Source of the DNA: Neoechinorhynchus agilis
Lineage: Eukaryota; Animalia; Acanthocephala
DNA length: 64,000 nucleotides
Assembly: GCA_051530055.1 (NCBI GenBank)
Contig: CM121341.1
Location: 4,380,784-4,444,783 of the forward strand
Direction of reading: 5' to 3'
Shown here: positions 9,308-21,271 of the stretch, piece by piece
Layout of the letters: each line of letters starts with the position of its first letter
Numbering within the stretch: position 1 is the first letter of the stretch
Notes under the pieces: generated by a model
The model's database searches: none
What the model was told of the DNA's origin: nothing
Seen by the model: the letters and a program-made list of their open reading frames with translations, nothing else
Program-made: the position numbers and the translations under genes

Positions 9308-12108
9308 TCAATAGTGATTTATTTCACTGAATCGTATTTTGCAGCCTAAAACCTGGAGACACTGCATGTTCGTTTCGTGCGTTGATAAAGCGTTCATCAA
9401 ATACTTTTCTGCATCTTTTGAACCCTTGGATTTTGCAATTTCAAGTGGATCGTTGTCTTTGTAGTCTTTATAAGACATAACTGCTCCAGCCTTTTGCCAG
9501 CAAATGAGAGATTGAACGTCATTAGTACTTGCAGCGTGGCATAAGAACATGCCAACGAATGCTTCGGGTAACTTTAATTTTAATCCGCTTTCTCTAAGAG
9601 CGTCAATACTGGCTTCGTCCTTTTCCAGAATGGATTCGAATAGAGGATCTAGAAATAGTTCGCTATGAGAATTGCTTCTACTGTTCTGGGTTTGAGATAT
9701 CGTTCGAATTCTTTGCATGCACGTTTTACAGACTACTTTAGAGTTTGCATCCTGTTGAAATAGTTTTTAGTTTATTTGATAAACCCTTGGGTCTTACCGA
9801 TGAAGTTGATTCGGTCAATTCTCCCCTTATGGATGTCAACATCACTTTTTTCTTCTGCTCCATAGACCACTCATGATGACCGAAAACATAGGCTAACTTA
9901 GCCAAAGCACATTCAATGGTCATATCGTTCCCTGAAACCACTCCTTTTTCTCCGAGAATCTTTTTTATAACAATATTCAGCTATTGTAGTGGTGGTGGTG
10001 GTGATCACAAAAACACTCACTGCGCCGGCTTCGTAGATAGCGTCCACGTATCCTTTTTGACATTGAGTGCAATTGATGATCATTGTGCCAGAGGAAGTGA
10101 CATCGTCAATCGCATCAATGAAATCGGCATTGTTTATTGGGATATTCCCCATCCCGTACGTCTGAAGTACTATTGCGCTTATATTTCCGCTGCAAAATCG
10201 ACGAAGCTGAAATTGAGAGCAAAATGGATCTTAGTGACTTTTTCGGGCATACTAACCATGTCGCCGTTTACACTCGGAAATATTCTAAAAATACCGATGT
10301 TTGAATGTACTCCTGTAAATACTTTGAGCGGTTTTGTTGATGTAGGACGGATGAGATCATATCGAACTGCAAAGTTTAAATATAAAAAGTTTGAAAAAAA
10401 AACAATATCGAGTTTTAACAAAGGTCATATTTGACTTTTTAAATCAAAAAAAAAGCACAAATACGTCCTTAAAACTCTTTTTTTCCGAAGTTTACCGTTG
10501 ATTTTGTAGTCAACACTTGCTAGTGGGGGATAATTGGGCGTTTCGAACGCGTGAAGACCTTGGGAATCGACCTTTGTAGATCTGTTGCCTTTTAAAAGCT
10601 TATTGTCAAAATAAATTGTAACCTGTACTCAATGAGAAAGATCGATAGTTGAATTAAAGAAAAGTGACTTTACTTCTGGGATATCATATTGTCCTGCAAG
10701 CATTACTGTAGAGATTCGCGGTAAAAGATTATTTCCAACATTTATTTGCTTTTTCTCGAGTTGCGAATTTTCAAGCCTCCTTCTTAAGCATTCACATCCA
10801 TTTTTAACAATGCTTAAGAAGGAGGCTGAGGTAGTGAAAATTCGTGAAGCCACTCGAAGGAACAAAGAAATGATTTTCGACCTCAAATGAACGCTCCAGC
10901 AGATCAATATGAAGATAATGGTTCACTTGTGTTTCTTAAACTCTCACTGAAGGATGTGATTGCTTATGTTCGAAAGGCCCGAGCTCGAGACGCTGAGATC
11001 GAAATCAAAGCTAATCGAACCGAAGATTGGAGACGTCTTGCTTCCTCAGGTTCATTTCAGGTTATGGTATCCGAGAAGATTGGACGTTTTTGTCGAAAAT
11101 TCTTAATCGCATTCGGACTTGTTTAGGAATTTCTCTCTTTTTTATTATAAGAAATTTAATTAAATCGTCCCCGGACGCTGACCGCGTTTCCTCGTTAGAT
11201 TGCGAGGCTTATTCTTTGGATCAGGAAAATCCGATTGCAACTTTTAATAAAATCATTTTTCAATTAAATACTTGTCCTCACCGTTAAATTACCGCAAATC
11301 TCTACGTTATAGCTCCGATGAGGTTATCTCTCGCATCACTTCTCGTTTCGTATATTGGAATCTATATGTATCAAAAAATCAATTTGTGTCTTTGTTGATA
11401 GTTGCAACCGTTTGTTAACCTAGCCGATGACTGATTTGTACGAATTTTCGTCACAAACAAATCAGTCATCGGCTAGGTTAACAGAAGGTTGCAACTATCA
11501 ATAAAAAATTATATGTTTTTTCTTCGTCTAAAAACAAACCTGTGATCCCGTTAATATAACAGGTTTGCTCAGATTCTCAAACATAAACGATAGATAAGAA
11601 GAAGTGTAGGCCATAGTATCAGTTCCGTGTAGAATAACGAAACCATTGAAGTGTTCATAATTAACCTATAAATAGGAATTAAAATTTAGTTAACAAATTA
11701 AACCTTAACCTCAATGTCTTTAACTATAATTCGATATTGATCAATTCCCATGCAAGATGAATCAATGAGGTCACTGTATTCCAAAACATAGTAGGCTACA
11801 CAGTTTCCTCCCGTGCTTTAAAGAAAAAATTAACTTATCATCAAGATTGTTGCTTACTTTAAATAAAGATAATTTCCTTCTGGGTCATATTCCCGCCAAT
11901 CGGGAAACGCCACTTCTGGATCGTGCAGAATGACCAGATTCCTGAGAGCTCGCTCAAAATATCCAGCCTCTGGCATGTAAACATTGTTGGTGATTTTCAT
12001 GCCTACCGTTCCACCGGTGTAAATAACCAGTACTTTTTGAACCGGCAATGACAATGACCGAGCATCTTCGAACTTCTTGCCATCTCGACAATGAGCTGCG
12101 GTAACCAT
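9308..12108 (-). CDS. ASPG: Type I L-asparaginase / 60-kDa lysophospholipase with C-terminal ankyrin-like region; 10 exons
   Basis: [46 protein letters not shown]|[11 protein letters not shown]|[43 protein letters not shown]. Eight short or medium GT-AG introns keep frame; one 604-nt insert does not splice canonically. Confidence 0.93.
10704..11307 (-). other. Putative non-canonical stem-bounded intron / MITE-like insert in ASPG (604 nt)
   Basis: ATA|ACGTAGAGATTTGCGGTAA...TTACCGCGAATCTCTACAGTA|ATG. A 17-bp terminal stem (16 WC + 1 G.U) is flanked by a TAA direct repeat. Removal restores GAIMLAGQY. Confidence 0.7.
10764..10845. repeat. Internal hairpin within the ASPG 604-nt insert
   Basis: AGCCTCCTTCTTAAGCATT (10774-10792) and AATGCTTAAGAAGGAGGCT (10809-10827) are a perfect 19-bp pair, extended by CGAATTTTCA/TGAAAATTCG. 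Confidence 0.85.
11395..11501. repeat. Fold-back (MITE-like, ~45-bp arms) filling a canonical ASPG intron
   Basis: TTGATAGTTGCAACCGTTTGTTAACCTAGCCGATGACTGATTTGT versus ACAAATCAGTCATCGGCTAGGTTAACAGAAGGTTGCAACTATCAA. Confidence 0.9.
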
Positions 12109-12586
12109 AACTGTCGTTTTAGTGTCTTGACAAGGAGAGTAACACTAAGGTGCTTTTGTGGAAAATATGAGTCAATGTGTAAGAAATGAGATTATCCATG
12201 AATAATCGCTTAGCGAAGCGAGTTGACATGTTACTCAATGCGTCGACTTTCAACCTTATAGGCAATTACTCATGACAATGCAAGACTTGATTTAATATAC
12301 CCAAAACCGAACTGGATTTAGATATTCGCATTCTTGTACAATTCACCTGTTAAACTGTCGTCAACCTTTGCCCTCAAAAAAATTAGAGCTCTCTCAACCG
12401 TATCTCGGTCATTTGTCATAACTCTAAAATGTTTTTTTCTTATTTTCAATAACATGTCCAACAAATTTCATATTATTGCATTAGTAATTCAATCAAATTG
12501 CTTACCATTTAAAATACAGTCCGTTTCCGTCTTCATTTAATTACAATGAGAGTTTTTGATGGATAATAAAAACTTTTTATATGGAG

Positions 12587-12892
12587 AATACGAGTCACCG
12601 AACAATGTACCTTAGGTATTTAGTGAAACTTGTAAGCAAAGAACTTTAAATTGTTTGTTAGCGTTATTCTTTTTGTTGACGGCAAAAAAGTGAAGTTCAC
12701 TTGGTGAACTGTACCGAAAAGATCCTTTGAGTATTCCATTGACGGAGAGCGAATGGCGTCTTCTGCTTGCCAAAAGCGACTTTTTGATATGGGAATTTAT
12801 TTAAGAGCTCGGACACTCGTTTGATTTGGACCAGGGAAAATACGAGTCACCGAACCATGTACCTTAGGTATTTAGTGAAACTTGTAAGCAAA
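12587..12892. repeat. 54-bp direct repeats (12587-12640, 12839-12892) flanking ~200 bp
   Basis: AATACGAGTCACCGAAC(A/C)ATGTACCTTAGGTATTTAGTGAAACTTGTAAGCAAA occurs twice, 1 mismatch. Confidence 0.85.
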
Positions 12893-12899
12893 TGGCTCA

Positions 12900-14610
12900 G
12901 TGTATTTTGATTAGTTGGAAACATTCGCTTTAGGAGTCATTGATAAATCCCATGGCCGACGAAGGAGAATGTCCTGATAGTGTTAGAGGTGACATTGAGA
13001 GGATCCGAAACAAAGGGAAATTGTTCGCTTGATAGACCAAGTGACCGATAGAGATTATCTCATGGTAACATTTGATTTGAACGGAGTAAAAGGAGAAATG
13101 TGTTTTAAAAATTGAAGAGGAGGATTTGAAAGATTTGAGAGAGGTGTTTTTCTATGAGTTTGGAGGAGCAGATTAGAGTTTGAATAGATTAGAAGGAAAA
13201 TTGCAGAATATGCACTGGTAATGGCGATGTTATAAAAGTACTTAAGATCTTTGGATGATAATCAAAGGAATCTGAGGCGCTTAAGAAGATAGAGTTTAAT
13301 AAAACCTTTATGCAACGAAATTGGTAGGTGTTTGTCACATTTTTGATTTTTCTGAAAATGGATGACCAAGTATACGAAAACAGAAGAGACACAATTGATA
13401 GGAAAAGAAGGGCTATTTGAGATTGAGGGAACCACTTGGAAGCGGAAAAAAATGTGTAAACGTGAGAGATTTCATTAGAAGTATGCCGGTGCATCCGTAA
13501 TGATTTTAAGATCGTCAGCATAAAAAGAACTATTTAGAACGAGAAGAGGATGGGATAAGATCATTGAGGAAAACGTTGAAAAGAATCGGGGAGAGAACGG
13601 TCCTTGGGGATTCCCTTTTTGATGTTCGAGGCGATGTCCCCTATTTCGATAAATTGTAATCTACTGTTTAGAAAGAAATTCAACCATTTGATTTGCCAAA
13701 TTTAAAACATGCATCAAGGAGAAGATTGTGATCGACAAAGCCACAAGTCTTATAAATGTCAATTTGGATGTTTCGAGAGATAAATAAAGGTTGTGCGTCG
13801 AGGTTATGAAGAAGAGAATCGTAGATACAAAGAAGTGCGTCCGTACAAGGAAACCCAGGCCGGAAACCGAATTGAATGGATGAAATTTTTCGATTGAAGA
13901 TTGGTAGAAAGTGTGCTTTAAAGCATTCTCTCCAAGATTTTAGAGAAGGAATCTAAGTTAGAGATGGGTCGAAAACTTAGGGTATCCGAGCTGTTTTAAG
14001 GCAATTAGGAAAGATTCCGATTATGAAACTTTGATTGATTATATGGGTAAGTGGATCAAAAAGCATAGAAGGAAATGATTTGCGTGGTAGATTCCGAAGA
14101 ACCATGAGGATATCATAGTTGAAAATTATGGGAGGTGAAGCAGTAGAAGCTGAGAAGGGGATGACGTTTTGTTTGTTTACAAAGTTGAGCATTGATAGAG
14201 TTGAGGTCGGAGTTTAATAGGTTAGAGAAAGGTGTATTTTTCCTGCCAGAGGTGAGTGGGAGAAAAGACGAGTTCATGTGCAAGAAAGTTCTTGCGCGAA
14301 TTGGGAATGTGATGAGCAAGAGAGAGAATTGAATGCGGGGTAAAATCAGGATTGCATGCGTGGTATCCTTTATTCACCTTTTTTGGAGCATTTCAAGAAA
14401 AGAGACATATAATGTGGAGGTTTTCGTAAAAAAATTGTGTGAAGAGAGATTACACGAGACTAATTTGGTAAATGTGAATATGTGTTGATTTCTCTTATCC
14501 CAGACCGTAAAAAGGGATAATCGTACACGTTGAGGAGAAGCGGAGGGAGAGAGGATTATTGCGCAATGATCTGTGGATGAGATTTGAAGTTGATCAAATC
14601 TTACCAACAT
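12900..14610 (-). mobile_element. Degenerate L2/CR1-group LINE (APE end + RT)
   Basis: SSTDHCAIILS, PLTHIINQSFIIGIFPNCLKTARI, GIPQG(T)VLSPILFNVFLNDL and FYADDLKII (near 13500-13527), with frameshifts. Confidence 0.85.
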
Positions 14611-14619
14611 TCACACCAC

Positions 14620-14750
14620 CGCTCTGGATCACTCACTCAGTTGCGTCCTGGTGTAATGGTCGAAAGGACGGATGCAGCGTTGTTTTGGAGGAGGATTGCT
14701 CCTGCCCTCGGATCGCCAGTGATTCGCTTTAGTCTCTCGAACAATTGCTA
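14620..14750 (-). mobile_element. CRE-like 3' end remnant with internal deletion
   Basis: LFERLKRITGDPRAGAILLQN-NAASVLSTI. Confidence 0.65.
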
Positions 14751-16404
14751 AAAATCTTTAATCAATAGTTTTCCACGAACGAGATGAAAATTTAGCCTTC
14801 GAGTGCAAAAAGAGAATTAAACACTTAGCCCAAGACAATAAAACTGGCAGAGTTTGTATATTTCTGTAGCTGTAACGAGGTGTCCTAGTGGACCTCGGTC
14901 CCGAATATCTCTTTTTCAACTTCCAATTATCCAATATCCACGATCGCCGATGAATCACACGGCCGAAGGTAGGAGGAAATTCACTGATGAATCTCCCGCC
15001 TACTCCTCTGAGGATTCGAAGGCATCCGGATACAAAACTCATATGCTGGAAATTGGATTAAAATTGATTTATTTTCCTAACTACAAATTTTTACGTTTAT
15101 CAAAAAAAATTATATTAAAATCGAAAATAGCTAAAAACCGATTAGCAAACAAGACGCGTGAAAGCTGTCAAAATATTGACATTTGTAGCAACAAATTCAC
15201 AACAATTCTTTAACAATTATTCGCTTTTTGCATAAATATTTGCTAGCAACAAATACTTGTTGTTGATAACGATAATGTATTCTGTATTGTAAGCTATCTG
15301 AATTCTTCGTAGATACATTAACCCACTACTGCCTTTATCTTCGACTAAATACCTTGGATATTCAAGGAACGCTCTCTAATGCTAAATTTTCTGTCGAGCG
15401 TTTTTGCGAATAACTTACCTTCTTAACAATTATTATTGTTTAATTTAACGTCGATAGGACTTTGTATAGCTGATAAAATAATCGGTTATTGTTCAAAGTC
15501 AGCTTGTGTCAACGTCGAAGAAACAATGGAAAGGCTCGACGTAGACCAAATCCTAGCTCTTGACCGTTCAGATACTGTCTTGAAACACCTGCTAATATCC
15601 GGAGTATCGACTGCAATCGCGGACGTGATTATCCTTTTGTGGAACCCAATCCTTCCTCGGAGAGGTTCCATGTCCTTAATCCACTTTAGAATATTGTTTG
15701 CCTGAAGGTATTCACAGACTGTAATATTGTCGAGCCTTCTATGACACCCAAAAGAAAATCTCGTTTCTGAATCGAAATGTGCCCCTATTTGATTCCACAT
15801 TTCGGTGTAATTTTTTAAAAGTTCGCCACTCCGCTGAAAAGTCCCCCGAAATTGCCTCATCGAGACATCAAATGGGATAGCCAGCGTGAAAGTCTTCGAA
15901 TAATATTAAAATCCCAAGTCCATTGCAAATATAAAAATTCGATACACTGGCTCTTAAATTCTCGCCTTTCCTCTCTTTTGGACATGAATGATTTTTTGGG
16001 CAACTATATAGTTGTGTTAATTAAATCCCAAGAAAAGATTTTTGTTCTTTCTCCAAAGCGTATATTGCCCAAATCAAGAAATCCCCACATCGTTTCCGAA
16101 TTTTTCTTGATGAAAATAGTCCCGGTCATGACACATTTCCCCTATAAATCAAATATGTTACGACCGTTTGAAGGATTTTCTATCGATGATTAATACATTA
16201 GTTTTTCGATTAAGTTTCTTACCATTTGGTATCCGGTCCTGTTTATACCTTCTATCACAGTTCTTTATGGATTTGTTGCCATTTCCAGCCTTCCTCTTGT
16301 TATTTCAAAATCTTCGCTCGATCTTTCACACCAAATAATGACTTGAACACAATCACTATTCAAAATAGATTGCCTGATTTTTTTAATCAATCGATGACGA
16401 TAGT

Positions 16405-19380
16405 CTGTTCGTTTTCAGTACACAAATCTCAATGTGTTCTTATATTTGAGATCTCTCCGACGAACTCCATGAATCCACGGCGATGGATTTTAATGGACTA
16501 GAAAGCACCAACTCGTTTTTCTGAAGATCCCCTTCTCCGGCCCCCAGATGATCTTCGGGTCCCGGTTGAAGTTCCCGTTGGTCTTCGTTTTTAGTACACA
16601 AATCTCAATGTGTTCTTATATTTGAGATCTCTCCGACGAACTCCATGAATCCACGGCGATGGATTTTAATGGACTAGAAAGCACCAACTCGTTTTTCTGA
16701 AGATCCCCTTCTCCGGCCCCCAGATGATCTTCGGTTCCCGAGTTCTCGTTAGTCTTCGTTTTCAGTACACAAATCTCAATGTGTTCTTATATTTGAGATC
16801 TCTCCGACGAACTCCATGAATCCACGGCGATGGATTTTAATGGACTAGAAAAGACGAACTCGTTTTTCTGATCCTCCGGCCCCCAGATGATCTTCGGTTC
16901 CCGGTTGAAGTTCTCGTTAGTTCGTTTTTAGTACACAAATCTCAATGTGTTCTTATATTTGAGATCTCTCCCTGACGAACTCCATGAATCCACGGCGATG
17001 GATTTTAATGGACTAGAAAAGACGAACTCGTTTTTCTGAAGATCCCCTTCTCCGGCCCCCAAATGATCTTCGGGTCCCGGTTGAAGTTCTCGTTAGTCTT
17101 CGTTTTCAGTACACAAATCTCAATGTGTTCTTATATTTGAGATCTCTCCGACGAACTCCATGAATCCACGGCGATGGATTTTAATGGACTAGAAAAGACG
17201 AACTCGTTTTTCTGAAGATCCCCTTCTCCGGCCCCCAGATGATCTTCGGGTCCCGGTTGAAGTTCTCGTTAGTCTTCGTTTTTAGTACACAAATCTCAAT
17301 GTGTTCTTATATTTGAGATCTCTCCGACGAACTCCATGAATCCACGGCGATGGATTTTAATGGACTAGAAAAGCACCAACCAACTCGTTTTTCTGAAGAT
17401 CCCCTTCTCCGGCCCCCCAATGATCTTCGGGTCCCGGTTGAAGTTCTCGTTAGTCTTCGTTTTTAGTACACAAATCTCAATGTGTTCTTATATTTGAGAT
17501 CTCTCCGACGAACTCCATGAATCCACGGCGATGGATTTTAATGGACTAGAAAGCACCAACCAACTCGTTTTTCTGAAGATCCCCTTCTCCGGCCCCCCAA
17601 TGATCTTCGGGTCCCGGTTGAAGTTCTCGTTAGTCTTCGTTTTTAGTACACAAATCTCAATGTGTTCTTATATTTGAGATCTCTCCGACGAACTCCATGA
17701 ATCCACGGCGATGGATTTTAATGGACTAGAAAAAACGAACTCGTTTTTCTGAAGATCCCCTTCTCCGGCCCCCCAATGATCTTCGGGTCCCGGTTGAAGT
17801 TCTCGTTAGTCTTCGTTTTCAGTACACAAATCTCAATGTGTTCTTATATTTGAGATCTCTCCGACGAACTCCTTGAATCCACGGCGATGGATTTTAATGG
17901 ACTAGAAAGCACCAACGAACTCGTTTTTCTGAAGATCCCCTTCTCCGGCCCCCCAATGATCTTCGGGTCCCGGTTGAAGTTCTCGTTAGTCTTCGTTTTC
18001 AGTACACAAATCTCAATGTGTTCTTATATTTGAGATCTCTCCGACGAACTCCATGAATCCACGGCGATGGATTTTAATGGACTAGAAAAAACGAACTCGT
18101 TTTTCTGAAGATCCCCTTCTCCGGCCCCCAGATGATCTTCGGGTCCCGGTTGAAGTTCTCGTTAGTCTTCGTTTTCAGTACACAAATCTCAATGTGTTCT
18201 TATATTTGAGATCTCTCCGACGAACTCCATGAATCCACGGCGATGGATTTTAATGGACTAGAAAGCACCAACGAACTCGTTTTTCTGAAGATCCCCTTCT
18301 CCGGCCCCCCAATGATCTTCGGGTCCCGGTTGAAGTTCTCGTTAGTCTTCGTTTTCAGTACACAAATCTCAATGTGTTCTTATATTTGAGATCTCTCCGA
18401 CGAACTCCATGAATCCACGGCGATGGATTTTAATGGACTAGAAAAGACGAACTCGTTTTTCTGAAGATCCCCTTCTCCGGCCCCCAATGATCTTCGTCCC
18501 GTTGAAGTTCTCGTTATCTTCGTTTTCTACACAAATCTCAATGTGTTCTTATATTTGAGATCTCTCCGACGAACTCCATGAATCCACGGCGATGGATTTT
18601 AATGGACTAGAAAAGACGAACTCGTTTTTCTGAAGATCCCCTTCCCCGGCCCCCCAATGATCTTCGGGTCCCGGTTGAAGTTCTCGTTAGTCTTCGTTTT
18701 CAGTACACAAATCTCAATGTGTTCTTATATTTGAGATCTCTCCGACGAACTCCATGAATCCACGGCGATGGATTTTAATGGACTAGAAAGCACCAACGAA
18801 CTCGTTTTTCTGAAGATCCCCTTCTCCGGCCCCCCAATGATCTTCGGGTCCCGGTTGAAGTTCTCGTTAGGTAGTCTTCGTTTTTAGTACACAAATCTCA
18901 ATGTGTTCTTACATTTGAGATCTCTCCCTGACGAACTCCATGAATCCACGGCGATGGATTTTAATGGACTAGAAAGCACCAACTCGTTTTTCTGAAGATC
19001 CCCTTCTCCGGCCCCTCAATGATCTTCGGTTCCCGGTTGAAGTTCTCGTTAGTCTTCGTTTTTAGTACACAAATCTCAACGTGTTCTTATATCTGAGATC
19101 TCTCCCTGACGAACTCCTTGAATCTACGGCGATGGATTTTAATGGACTAGAAAAGAACACCAACCAACTCGTTTTTCTGAAGATCCCCTTCTCCGGCCCC
19201 CCTAGATGATCTTCGAGTCCCGGTTGAAGTTAGTTTGTTAGTTTTTAGTACACAAATCTCAATGTGTTCTTATATTTGAGATCTCTCCCTGACGAACTCC
19301 TTGAATCCACGGCGATGGATTTCAATGGGCTAGAAAACACCATCCGACTCGTTTTTCTGAAGATCCCCTTCTCCGGCCGA
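16405..19380. repeat. Tandem satellite, ~176-181 bp unit, ~17 copies
   Basis: AGTACACAAATCTCAATG recurs at 16417, 16593, ... 17645, 17821, 18001, 18177, 18357 ... 19247. Confidence 0.97.
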
Positions 19381-19725
19381 AAATCCAAGGATATTCAGTG
19401 GCAACGCCCAATTTTCCCTCTCCCTTCTCGCCCACACAGTAAAATGGGATGCCGTTGTATTATTTAATCGATGTCAAAGCAGATAGCGGAAACACTATAG
19501 AGATTAACAAAGTGTGATTCTTCGTGTATTGTGCGAGATGATCTGATTCGATATTCTCCACACACAGAAACACAGGTTGAGTCAATTGAGCAGCTAATAG
19601 TCACGCATTGTTTCGACGCATACAAGCACGAGTAGTCGAAGAAGCATTCACAAACACACACACATGAACGCACAAGCATGCGACATTTTCTCCATGTATT
19701 TCACCATCCCGTTTTGTTGTTGAGG

Positions 19726-21008
19726 TTAAATCTGGGCGCGATCGGCCACTGACCTTCTCGTTCGATTTTTTATTCGTGAAGATCTCTGACCAATTAATGA
19801 ATGTTTAAAAGCATTCGAAGATGTCGTAGAATTGCTGCTGCCCATTTGTGCTGCTGCTGCTGCGATTATTGCTGGATCGATGGCTGCGATCGCAGTCGGC
19901 GGATGTTGTTGCTGCGGAGCCTGGAGCGGCAAAGATGGAGTTATCGGCTGTTGTTGTGGGTGAATAGTAGCGGTCCTTGAAGCGGCAGCAATGGAAGCAG
20001 CAGCGGCTGCCATATAGGCGGATTGGTGCTCAAAAATCATTGATATAAATCGTTGCTGATAAAGATACTTTTTGTAGTGATGGGGATAACTTTCAACGTA
20101 TCCGCAGTAACCTACTGTTGGTTTATTGTTGTTGTTGTTGTTGTTGTTATTGTTAGAATTATTCGAGACACCACTTCGAGAATTGCGGCGTTTCGATTGT
20201 TGCTGGTGCTGCTGGGTTGGTTCACGGTGATGAGTGGTTGGAGGCGGAGACGCAACCGGTGAAATAGAAGACGAATTAGACGATAGCGATTCCGTGCTCG
20301 AGCAAATCGATCCGTTTCTTCGATCCACAGGATGGCATAGACTCGATGATATGGCTAAAGCAACCTCGTCCCTCTTTGTAGCAGAATGGAAGGAAGATAC
20401 TCGATCTTCGCGTTTGTTCATCAATCGGACATCCCGACAAACATCAGTGGTCGATGATTGATTGTGAATTCGTCGAACAGTGTCCGTCTCACCGATTAGA
20501 ACGTCCAGATCAACTGGATAAGATATCCATTGGCCTGATCTCACACGTCTAGCTATGCTTCTGATATTATTGCGCCCGCCTTCTATTCGATAAGAAACGT
20601 CGTTCGGATCAATCCAGATTGTAAGAACACTAAGACACTGGCTAAAATGACTAGTGTCCGATGATGTAAAACTCTGAGTGAGTGCTTGCTGGAGTAACGG
20701 ATCACAAGATTCAAGCATACCACGTAAGCACCGGTATGCCTGACCACGCAATGGATCATTCTCATACCAATGAGACATGAATTTTTCTCGCAAATCGGCC
20801 CGTAGATTCTCTGCTAGGAACTGGGCAGCCGGCATTAGACCAATGAATCCTCTTTTTAAATTAAAGTGTTAAACCGAACGACCTGGAGGATCCACCGGTA
20901 TACACCGAACTCGCTCGTAGCAACTGGCGTATTCACGAGTCTGTTATCAATACGGTCCAACAGCCGTACGATGAAATCTACACAGTAGCCGATTTCATCA
21001 GACATCAT
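19726..21008 (-). CDS. BTG: BTG/Tob antiproliferative family protein with long N/Q/A-rich tail; 2 exons (21008-~20916, 20820-19726)
   Basis: Exon 1 reads MMSDEIGYCVDFIVRLL. Box A is HWYENDPLRGQAYRCLR and box B is LTIWIDPNDVSYRI. The exact donor is ambiguous. Confidence 0.88.
20821..20915 (-). other. Stem-bounded intron candidate in BTG (95 nt)
   Basis: ACG|AGCGAG...CTGCCCAG|TTC, with ~24 pairs (6 G.U) between the ends and in-frame removal. A canonical GT lies 9 nt upstream as an alternative. Confidence 0.45.
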
Positions 21009-21143
21009 TTTTAAATTTTATTATTGGGTGGTTGTGAAACAGTAGAAGAAGAAGATTAGGATGACTAGGAGAAGTTGAGATCCAAGTGTAACAAGTAAAT
21101 CTTGAATGAATAGGATTCTAAAACGTGAGATGAATTCTGGCTC

Positions 21144-21151
21144 TATTTATA
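21144..21151 (-). promoter_or_regulatory. TATA box upstream of BTG
   Basis: TATAAATA in GC-rich context (GGGGTATAAATAG), ~135 bp upstream of the ATG at 21008. Confidence 0.55.
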
Positions 21152-21271
21152 CCCCCGCGTGATTTCAAATGGCTGTTTAGATCTTGGAAAGCAACACCAA
21201 GGTGAATCTTAAGAATGTAGTGAAACAACACGGTATTTACTAATGACGAGAAGGGCACGGGTTAACCTTGA

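Noticed and set aside
12116-12151. 7-bp hairpin TTAGTGT/ACACTAA upstream of ASPG as another stem-type intron
   Set aside because: Removing 36 nt does not join the upstream ATG to the ASPG frame. Any AG/CT hairpin fits the register by construction.
14758-16500. ORFs of 89-124 aa on both strands
   Set aside because: No recognisable motifs or consistent splice chain; left unannotated.
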